Source of the DNA: Lingula anatina
Lineage: Eukaryota > Animalia > Brachiopoda
NCBI GenBank assembly: GCA_051362555.1
Contig: CM120647.1
Span: forward strand, 310,001 to 374,000
Length of the DNA: 64,000 nt
Reading direction: 5' to 3'
Shown here: in pieces, positions 26,201-38,200 of the stretch
Layout of the letters: each line of letters begins with the position of its first letter
Numbering within the stretch: the first letter of the stretch is position 1
Notes under the pieces: model-generated
Database searches by the model: none
What the model was told of the DNA's origin: nothing
Seen by the model: the letters and a program-made list of their open reading frames with translations, nothing else
Position numbers and translations under genes: made by a program

Positions 26201-29200
26201 GATGTAAGAAAGTAATAACATGACAGAGAATGTACTATATAATATAACAACTCCAGGAAATGGACCAGTTCTCTGGATGTAAGAAGGTAATAACATGACA
26301 GAGAATGTACTATATAATATAACAACTCCAGGAAATGGACCAGTTCTCTGGATGTAAGAAAGTAATATCATGACAGAGAATGTACTATATAATATAACAA
26401 CTCCAGGAAATGGACCAGTTCTCTGGATGTAAGAAAGTAATAACATGACAGAGAATGTACTATATAATATAACAACTCCAGGAAATGGACCAGTTCTCTG
26501 GATGTAAGAAAGTAATAACATGACAGAGAATGTACTATATAATATAACAACTCCAGGAAATGGACCAGTTCTCTGGGTGTAAGAAAGTAATAACATGACA
26601 GAGAATGTACTATATAATATAACAACTCCAGGAAATGGACCAGTTCTCTGGATGTAAGAAAGTAATAACATGACAGAGAATGTACTATATAATATAACAA
26701 CTCCAGGAAATGGACCAGTTCTCTGGGTGTAAGAAAGTAATAACATGACAGAGAATGTACTATATAATATAACAACTCCAGGAAATGGACCAGTTCTCTG
26801 GATGTAACAAAGTAATAACATGACAGAGAATGTACTATATAATATAACAACTCCAGGAAATGGACCAGTTCTCTGGATGTAACAAAGTAATAACATGACA
26901 GAGAATGTACTATATAATATAACAACTCCAGGAAATGGACCAGTTCTCTGGATGTAACAAAGTAATAACATGACAGAGAATGTACTATATAATATAACAA
27001 CTCCAGGAAATGGACCAGTTCTCTGGATGTAAGAAAGTAATAACATGACAGAGAATGTACTATATAATATAACAACTCCAGGAAATGGACCAGTTCTCTG
27101 GATGTAAGAAAGTAATAACATGACAGAGAATGTACTATATAATATAACAACTCCAGGAAATGGACCAGTTCTCTGGATGTAAGAAAGTAATAACATGACA
27201 GAGAATGTACTATATAATATAACAACTCCAGGAAATGGACCAGTTCTCTGGATGTAAGAAAGTAATAACATGACAGAGAATGTACTATATAATATAACAA
27301 CTCCAGGAAATGGACCAGTTCTCTGGATGTAAGAAAGTAATATCATGACAGAGAATGTACTATATAATATAACAACTCCAGGAAATGGACCAGCTCTCTG
27401 GATGTAAGAAAGTAATAACATGACAGAGAATGTACTATATAATATAACAACTCCAGGAAATGTACCAGTTCTCTGGATGTAACAAAGTAATAACATGACA
27501 GAGAATGTACTATATAATATAACAACTCCAGGAAATGAACCAGTTCTCTGGATGTAAGAAAGTAATAACATGACAGAGAATGTACTATATAATATAACAA
27601 CTCCAGGAAATGGACCAGTTCTCTGGATGTAAGAAGGTAATAACATGACAGAGAATGTACTATATAATATAACAACTCCAGGAAATGGACCAGTTCTCTG
27701 GGTGTAACAAAGTAATAACATGACAGAGAATGTACTATATAATATAACAACTCCAGGAAATGGACCAGTTCTCTGGATGTAAGAAGGTAATAACATGACA
27801 GAGAATGTACTATATAATATAACAACTCCAGGAAATGGACCAGCTCTCTGGATGTAAGAAAGTAATAACATGACAGAGAATGTACTATATAATATAACAA
27901 CTCCAGGAAATGGACCAGTTCTCTGGATGTAAGAAAGTAATAACATGACAGAGAATGTACTATATAATATAACAACTCCAGGAAATGGACCAGCTCTCTG
28001 GATGTAACAAAGTAATAACATGACAGAGAATGTACTATATAATATAACAACTCCAGGAAATGTACCAGTTCTCTGGATGTAACAAAGTTATAACATGACA
28101 GAGAATGTACTATATAATATAACAACTCCAGGAAATGGACCAGTTCTCTGGATGTAAGAAAGTAATAACATGACAGAGAATGTACTATATAATATAACAA
28201 CTCCAGGAAATGGACCAGTTCTCTGGATGTAACAAAGTAATAACATGACAGAGAATGTACTATATAATATAACAACTCCAGGAAATGGACCAGTTCTCTG
28301 GATGTAAGAAAGTAATAACATGACAGAGAATGTACTATATAATATAACAACTCCAGGAAATGGACCAGTTCTCTGGGTGTAACAAAGTAATAACATGACA
28401 GAGAATGTACTATATAATATAACAACTCCAGGAAATGGACCAGTTCTCTGGATGTAACAAAGTAATAACATGACAGAGAATGTACTATATAATATAACAA
28501 CTCCAGGAAATGGACCAGTTCTCTGGGTGTAAGAAAGTAATAACATGACAGAGAATGTACTATATAATATAACAACTCCAGGAAATGGACCAGTTCTCTG
28601 GATGTAAGAAAGTAATAACATGACAGAGAATGTACTATATAATATAACAACTCCAGGAAATGGACCAGTTCTCTGGGTGTAAGAAAGTAATAACATGACA
28701 GAGAATGTACTATATAATATAACAACTCCAGGAAATGGACCAGTTCTCTGGATGTAACAAAGTAATAACATGACAGAGAATGTACTATATAATATAACAA
28801 CTCCAGGAAATGTACCAGTTCTCTGGATGTAAGAAAGTAATATCATGACAGAGAATGTACTATATAATATAACAACTCCAGGAAATGGACCAGTTCTCTG
28901 GGTGTAAGAAAGTAATAACATGACAGAGAATGTACTATATAATATAACAACTCCAGGAAATGGACCAGTTCTCTGGATGTAAGAAAGTAATAACATGACA
29001 GAGAATGTACTATATAATATAACAACTCCAGGAAATGGACCAGTTCTCTGGGTGTAAGAAAGTAATAACATGACAGAGAATGTACTATATAATATAACAA
29101 CTCCAGGAAATGGACCAGTTCTCTGGATGTAAGAAAGTAATAACATGACAGAGAATGTACTATATAATATAACAACTCCAGGAAATGGACCAGTTCTCTG

Positions 29201-32200
29201 GGTGTAAGAAAGTAATATCATGACAGAGAATGTACTATATAATATAACAACTCCAGGAAATGGACCAGTTCTCTGGATGTAAGAAAGTAATAACATGACA
29301 GAGAATGTACTATATAATATAACAACTCCAGGAAATGTACCAGTTCTCTGGATGTAACAAAGTAATAACATGACAGAGAATGTACTATATAATATAACAA
29401 CTCCAGGAAATGGACCAGTTCTCTGGATGTAACAAAGTAATAACATGACAGAGAATGTACTATATAATATAACAACTCCAGGAAATGGACCAGTTCTCTG
29501 GGTGTAAGAAAGTAATAACATGACAGAGAATGTACTATATAATATAACAACTCCAGGAAATGGACCAGCTCTCTGGATGTAAGAAAGTAATAACATGACA
29601 GAGAATGTACTATATAATATAACAACTCCAGGAAATGGACCAGTTCTCTGGATGTAAGAAAGTAATAACATGACAGAGAATGTACTATATAATATAACAA
29701 CTCCAGGAAATGTACCAGTTCTCTGGGTGTAACAAAGTAATAACATGACAGAGAATGTACTATATAATATAACAACTCCAGGAAATGGACCAGTTCTCTG
29801 GATGTAACAAAGTAATAACATGACAGAGAATGTACTATATAATATAACAACTCCAGGAAATGGACCAGTTCTCTGGATGTAACAAAGTAATAACATGACA
29901 GAGAATGTACTATATAATATAACAACTCCAGGAAATGGACCAGTTCTCTGGATGTAACAAAGTAATAACATGACAGAGAATGTACTATATAATATAACAA
30001 CTCCAGGAAATGGACCAGTTCTCTGGGTGTAAGAAAGTAATAACATGACAGAGAATGTACTATATAATATAACAACTCCAGGAAATGGACCAGCTCTCTG
30101 GATGTAAGAAAGTAATAACATGACAGAGAATGTACTATATAATATAACAACTCCAGGAAATGGACCAGTTCTCTGGATGTAACAAAGTAATAACATGACA
30201 GAGAATGTACTATATAATATAACAACTCCAGGAAATGGACCAGTTCTCTGGATGTAACAAAGTAATAACATGACAGAGAATGTACTATATAATATAACAA
30301 CTCCAGGAAATGGACCAGTTCTCTGGGTGTAAGAAAGTAATAACATGACAGAGAATGTACTATATAATATAACAACTCCAGGAAATGGACCAGCTCTCTG
30401 GATGTAAGAAAGTAATAACATGACAGAGAATGTACTATATAATATAACAACTCCAGGAAATGGACCAGCTCTCTGGATGTAACAAAGTAATAACATGACA
30501 GAGAATGTACTATATAATATAACAACTCCAGGAAATGGACCAGCTCTCTGGATGTAAGAAAGTAATAACATGACAGAGAATGTACTATATAATATAACAA
30601 CTCCAGGAAATGGACCAGTTCTCTGGATGTAACAAAGTAATAACATGACAGAGAATGTACTATATAATATAACAACTCCAGGAAATGGACCAGTTCTCTG
30701 GATGTAACAAAGTAATAACATGACAGAGAATGTACTATATAATATAACAACTCCAGGAAATGGACCAGTTCTCTGGGTGTAAGAAAGTAATAACATGACA
30801 GAGAATGTACTATATAATATAACAACTCCAGGAAATGGACCAGCTCTCTGGATGTAAGAAAGTAATAACATGACAGAGAATGTACTATATAATATAACAA
30901 CTCCAGGAAATGGACCAGTTCTCTGGATGTAAGAAAGTAATAACATGACAGAGAATGTACTATATAATATAACAACTCCAGGAAATGGACCAGTTCTCTG
31001 GATGTAACAAAGTAATAACATGACAGAGAATGTACTATATAATATAACAACTCCAGGAAATGGACCAGCTCTCTGGATGTAAGAAAGTAATAACATGACA
31101 GAGAATGTACTATATAATATAACAACTCCAGGAAATGGACCAGTTCTCTGGATGTAAGAAAGTAATAACATGACAGAGAATGTACTATATAATATAACAA
31201 CTCCAGGAAATGGACCAGTTCTCTGGATGTAACAAAGTAATAACATGACAGAGAATGTACTATATAATATAACAACTCCAGGAAATGGACCAGTTCTCTG
31301 GATGTAAGAAAGTAATAACATGACAGAGAATGTACTATATAATATAACAACTCCAGGAAATGGACCAGTTCTCTGGATGTAAGAAAGTAATATCATGACA
31401 AATTTTTTTCATAAAATTGCTCTAGAATGTACTATATAATATAACAACCCCAGGGTTGATAATAATTGAAAATTAAAGCAGCTTAACTGAACAAAATTGT
31501 GTTTATAAGATGACAATACAACATCCAGTAATACTTACTGTCTTCTGTGTCCTCCCAGCTGTGACCATATCTCTACTACAACATCCAGTAATACTTACTG
31601 TCTTCTGTGTCCTCCAAGCTGGGACCATATCTCTACTACAACATCCAGTAATACTTACTGTCTTCTGTTTCCTCCCAGCTGTGACCATATCTCTACTACA
31701 ACATCCAGTAATACTTACTGTCTTCTGTTTCCTCCCAGCTGTGACCATATCTCTACTACAACATCCAGTAATACTTACTGTCTTCTGTGTCCTCCAAGCT
31801 GGGACCATATCTCTACTACAACATCCAGTAATACTTACTGTCTTCTGTGTCCTCCCAGCTGTGACCATATCTCTACTACAACATCCAGTAATACTTACTG
31901 TCTTCTGTTTCCTCCCAGCTGTGACCATATCTCTACTACAACACCGCTGAACTTGTGAGACTGAAACAGAATTTTTGACAGGTAGTAATAACAGCAGACT
32001 TTTTACAAAACCCATCCCTCATCCACCTACACAATGTTGGGGGGGGGGGGGATATAATACATACATATAATTTGACAGAATCAATGCCAAGTTCAAAATT
32101 TCAACCATTGCTGTAGCATAATTCTACATGCAGCATTTCCAAAAGTTGTAAAAGATAAAGAGCTATTCATCATATCACTTTACCTTGACGACCTTGATAC

Positions 32201-35200
32201 ACTGAATGTGTTAGGTGTGACAGTGAGGTACAATTGTGTTAAATGTGACTGTACTGTTTTGAAAATTTACCTTGACAAACTTCAAAATTGTCTTGATACA
32301 TTCTTTCTGAACATCTTCACTGGAGAATAAAATGTGGTAGTCTTGTCCGGTCCAGCCATCAAACAATATCCTAGGGACTGGAAGACAGCAATGTGTTAGG
32401 TGTGACAGTGAGGTGTAAATGTGTTAGATGTGACAGTGAAATGTGAATGTGTTAGATGTGGCAGTGAGGTGTGAATGTGTTAGATATGACAGTGAAATGT
32501 GAATGTGTTAGATGTGATAATAAGGTGTGAATGTGTTAGATGTGACAGTGAGTTATTATTTAGGAAATGGAGCACTTAAACTTAATAATTAACAACTGAG
32601 ACAAATTTGGTAAAAATGTGGCAATCTTGTAAAATTATATTTAACTTTGGTTGTTGCCCACACTTGGTGTAAGCATCAGGGGCGGATTAAGGGCGTCTTC
32701 TGGGTCTTCCGGAAGACAGTCAGATTTTCAAGTTTACATTGACAGGTATTAGTAGGGGAGCCAAACTCCAAAAGCCTTCAAAAAAGGGTAGTAAAAAAAA
32801 TTTAATGATATAAAATTTTCGAACATATCGTTGGAGAGCCTGATACTTGGGGTTTATGAATCTGCTTATTGGACAAATGGGCTCAATTGCGAAAGTGCCC
32901 AAAAATCCAAGATGGCCGCCATCCATGGTGAATACATAGAATTAGCATCAGTTATGAAAAGTGATTAATATTATTTCTTTGCTGAAGTGTAGAATCCTTT
33001 TATTATGTATATATTGTGGAATTATGTACTTCCTGGTGATCTGTAGCAATAATTTGACAACTGGATTCAAAATGGCCGCTTCATCCATGATGGCGGACAA
33101 TATTTCACTAATTTTTGCAATTAAGTCATGTTTTCTTCAATCTAGAATTTCTTCTTATCATGATATAAGCAAACTGTCATCACATATAGCTTTTCTATAA
33201 TATTTCACACATTTCTGTTGTCTGCATGCACTATGGAGGCTTTTTGATCAAGAGAAAATCCAATATGGCCGCCACACACCCCTCACCTTTATGAGTCAGA
33301 AGCACAATGTATATCTTTTTGAAAGTTCAAATACCTTATTAAATGAAGCATATTTTATTTTTATTTTACAATATGCAGGTATAGGACAATTGTTTTAAAT
33401 TTTAAAGGTAAATTTGGGATGGTGTCTTGACCCAAGATGGCTGCTTTATTCAAGATGGCGGCCAAAAAATTTGCCAATTATTGCAGTTAAGTCATGTTTT
33501 ATTTAATCTAGAATTACTTTCAATCATGAAAGAAGCAACACACCATCAAATATAAATTATGTACAGTATGACCTGTATTTCCTCTCTCTGTACAGTATGA
33601 AGCTTTATGATTAGAAAAAAATCCAACATGGCCACCATGCACCCCAACCGTTATGGCCCAAAGGTGCACACAGCATCCACCTTATTTGCAAGATCAAATA
33701 TCTTCTTTAATGAAGTATATTTCATGTTTCCTTTGCAATTTATTGGTAAAGGACAATTATTTATTTTCAAAGGAAAAGCTTAGACCATATCTTTTTTCAA
33801 CATGGCTTCTTTATCCAAGATGGCTGCCATTATTTTACCAATTTTCGCAACTGAGGCCCATGTTCTATAATCAAGAAATTATTTCAACCATGGTAAAAGC
33901 AATATTTCAAGAAATATAAATTCTCTTAAATATTTCCTACATTTTAATATCTGTAAAGAATATGATTAGGCCTTTTTCATTAGATAAAAATCCAATATGG
34001 CTGCCATATACCCCTTACCATTACAAATCAATGGTACCATGTGTACTTTACTGATAGTTGAAATCTCTTATTTAATGAAGTATATTTTTCAGGTGGCAGT
34101 TATATAGGTTTTATAGATGACATCCAACATTTGTCATTTCTAGATGGCATATAATGATTTTTTTCTTTATATATGGAGTGAATGTCGTAAACTTTAAAAA
34201 TTTAGGATGCTTAATTCAAGTGTGGGCTTGAAATAGGACATTACGATTTCGACTAACTTAGTGGATAATGCAATCTAAAGATTCCCCGCTTCATGTCAGA
34301 TTTACATAAGGTCGCACAAAGAAAACCCAAGTCCACATAGTGACCAGTTAAACGATTTATTTGTTTTTGACGTTTCTAGGGATGCATTCCCAGAGATTTA
34401 ACTCCCTGGGGTTCACGCTAAACTGCAGTCAGCCGAGCGCGCACCATAGTTTATTAACCCCTTACAGCTTTTAGTATGCGGGAAAGACGCTTAAGCCGGC
34501 AAAGCTGACAGTAATCTAGTGAGACTCCCCACAGGGATATATGTACTTGCCCCCCCCCCCCCTCCCCATTGTCTTGGGAAAGGGAGGTAGAGGTCAGGAG
34601 GGATGGCACCATCATTTCTGTTGAGACTGGCCCCTGTCTTTTTGATGTGGATGGCTTCTAGGACTTTTCTGTAATTTTCCCTTGGCTCACTGTTAATCAC
34701 CTTGATTTTGTCAATAATAGGACCATATGCTACTTTATGTCCGGATTGTTCCTCATGCTGGCTTAATGCTGACTTGCTGTCTCTATTCTTGACCGAATTT
34801 TGGTGTTCGGCTATTCTCTCTGACACTGATTTTCCCGTTTTGCCTATATATTGCTCTCCACACCCCTCACATTCCATTTCATAGACAACTCCACACTTTT
34901 CATTGTTGTCTAATGGGTCTTTGGGACTTACTACTGCATTCCGGATGGTGAACCCTGCTTTGTTGTACAAGTTAATGTTGTATTTTTAAAATTTTTAAAT
35001 GGGATGGGGGGGGGGGGGACAAATACACCTCCTGAGTAGAGGCTATTCACCTGGATAGCCTCATTCCCTGAAGAAGATGTCCTGATAGACATCGAAATAT
35101 TGGAGGTAAAACCTATCTCAATATTAGCTGTTGGCTGAAGAAAAATTCATATCATTCTTATAACTTAACGCAGCTGATGAAATTCTTCTTTTCTTGTATG

Positions 35201-38200
35201 AATTTTTTGGATCACAAATTTAAAAAAAAGGCCTATGTTAACTTTTCATTACATCTCCTGTGTTTGACATTTTTGCTGTGGAATGTTCATCCATCATTCC
35301 TGACAAGCTCTCTCCAACTATAACATGTTTCTACACCTCTGGATGCTGTCCTGACAGTTATCTTTTGGAATATGGCTTGGAGAAGCTGCTGGCCATACCA
35401 AAGTAACCATGACATTGTTAGCAGTTTTGTAGTTCTCTGTGGGGGCATGCCTTTTTTGTCCATGAAATGAGTTGCTATTAGATGTGCCCCTGAATATGTA
35501 GGGACACTACATTGAACAATACTTCTTCCCTGTATCTAACACCGTTAAAGGGTCATGGAATAACAACCAAGGACAATCTGTGGTCATGTGTGTATCCATC
35601 TCTTAACATTATGAATCCTCCACCATCCTGCTGCCTTGGAAGGATACAATATGTTCCACAGGTTTCACCAGCTCAAATCAGCATAGTAGATACAGGGACA
35701 ATATCCACGAGTCCAAATGATATATCTTGAGTACCTTATGTTATGGTTCCTTCAGTACATTGCCCATGGGTAAAAAATCTTTTTGTTCTTGGTGATCAGA
35801 TTTTCTTTTCCCAAAGGAGAGTGGAAACTAAAGGATCTGACGCGTCTCAGATTCCTCCTGAGGAAACATGGTGTTACAGTGGATTGGAGACTTAGAGCAT
35901 TTAGGCTTCGTTCACATGCAATGTCTATTTTCTATTTTCTATTTTCTATTTTCGGTATGTCTTATGATCACGGTCTGTGCACTGAATATCCCGCGGCGTA
36001 ATTACTGGCAGCGCGAGCCAGTTACTATAAGTTACTATAAGTAACTGGCTCGCGCTGCCAGTAATTACGCGGCGGGATATTCAGTGCACAGACCGTGATC
36101 ATAAGACATACCGAAAATAGAAAATAGAAAATAGACATTGCATGTGAACGAAGCCTTAGTATTAGGGTATTTAATAAAGCATATTACTCATGGGTACATT
36201 CCTCAGAAACTAGCCATACATAAAGGTCACTGCAGGTTGCAAAAATTGGGAGGTTTCTTCCAATTCACACATTGATCTTTGTCTTACATGAAGCACTTAT
36301 GGTCCACATGGATGTGATTTGAGTACAGTTTATGAGCTTACTGGGCGTAGTTTCATCAACTCTCCTTATTAGCATGGGAAGTGCAAATGTTGGCATTTTG
36401 TAATCTTTTCCAGCATGGAGGGGAATGTCACCACCTTACAGTTACATGGTATTATGGAAGAGGCGCGCATGATTTGTGTACAGCTATATGGATTTTGGGT
36501 CTTTAGATATGACCAAAGGGCCTGCATATTTGCTCTTGCAAAGCAGATCTTATGTTTCTCCTCCCAACTGAGGATGCTCTTTCTTTCTGTACTTTATTAG
36601 CTTTACCCTTGCCAAAATATCAGGCCAGTTGCAAATTAGCTGCAATATTCTGCAAATAAGAAGCAATAAAACTTCGCATACTACACTTAATGATGTAGGA
36701 CATAATAAACTGCTCAACAGCAAAGTGCATAGTTGTGGTCACCATCTGTATTCCCAAAAATAAATTGAAACTAGAAAAGCACTTCAATAGCGCAGACCTC
36801 CGCCAAGGCGGTAAAGTCTCCACCCAATGCCGTTTCACCCCTAAATTTTCATTCTATAATGATTTAGTTTTTTTTATTCTTGATTGATTATTGATCTGGA
36901 TCACCACCAAAAACTAATTTATTGTTCCTTGGCCCACTTCTGACTATCCTGAAAATTTCATCAAAATTGGTCCGAATCTTAATTTTTTGTATTTTTGATT
37001 ATTGATTGATTATTGATCCAGATCACCACCAAAAACTAAACACTTCTAAGTTAACCCATTTCTGACCTACCCTGAAAATTCCATCAAAATTCATCCATAA
37101 CTTTTTTGAGTCATGTTGTTGTCAAACAAACAGAGAAACAAACAAACAGGGGTGAAAACATAGCCTCCTTGGCGGAGGTAACTAAAGCACCAATGTGATA
37201 AATGAAACTAGTATCTGTTACATAAATGTTGTTTGAAGTTTCAAAAAAATTTGAGTTTACCTTTGATTTCATGAAGTGAAATTTGCATGGAATCGGAATT
37301 ATTATTGTACAAAACATTTGAGCTTCTTTTGATAAACAAATAAATAGAAAATGATGTTATTATAGACATGTACTTTGACAACATAGTTGTTATGCTATAA
37401 AATACAATGGTCCAAGAACATGCATATGAATGTGAAGAATCTTATAAATAATTGACTGTGAATAAACATGCCATCTTAAATTTATCTGAAAAAAGAGAAA
37501 AAATTCTCATATATCCATATATTGTAAAATAAAAATAAAATGTACTTCATCAAAGGAGATATTTCAACTTTTCATGAGATACGTGACTTTGTTTCATATG
37601 AGGGTAATGACAAGGGATTTATGGTGGCCATTTTGGGTGTTTCTATAAGCATAAAGCCTTCATTCTGTATATAGATAGTAAAAAATGCAGGAAGTTAGGG
37701 TAGAGTATCTATGTTTGATGAAATTTTGCTTTTGGAAGATTGAAAGAAATTCTGACGTAAAGAAAAGAGATTAAATTGCAAAATTGGTCAAATTTTGGCT
37801 GCCATCTTGGATAGAGTGGCCATGTTGGATTAATAGGCAGTCTATAATTAACCTTTATAAAATTAAAACAAATGTACTTTACCCATATGTTATAAAATGA
37901 AAGTATAATATATTCATTAAAAGAGATATACCAACTTTTGATATGATATATGTTTCGCCTTTGACTCATATTGGTAAGGGGTGTATGGCAGCCATATTGG
38001 ATTTTTCTCTAATCATCCAACTTTAATTATGCATTCAAATAGCAAAAATGCACACAGTATTGGAGAGATTCTATTTTTGATAAAATTTAGCTTTTTCCAC
38101 GATTGAAAGTAGTTCTAGATTACAGAAACCATGACTTCATTGCAAAAACTTGTGAAAATTTAGCTGCCATCTTGGATAAAGTAGCCATCTTGAATTGAGA

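Noticed and set aside
23123-31373. Recursive (ratchet) splicing through the acceptor array
   Set aside because: Units read CAG|AG, not AG|GT, so no donor is regenerated after splicing. Only the divergent first unit of the other array (about 20286-20296, cag|gtac) has that form.
23026-31396. 300-1100 aa ORFs in two frames as a stand-alone repeat protein gene
   Set aside because: They are translations of a 75-bp intronic satellite that happens to lack stops; only 23030-23122 is a real CHID1 exon.
14352-31450. CRISPR-like array
   Set aside because: Units are contiguous with no unique spacers, there are no cas genes, and the context is a eukaryotic intron.
34491-34970. Domesticated host GIY-YIG nuclease gene
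   Set aside because: No ATG start, 5'-truncated, 3' end runs into a MITE, and it is nested within another transposon.
35200-36750. Intact transposase within the Academ-like element
   Set aside because: No long ORF on either strand; I could not recognise catalytic motifs by eye.
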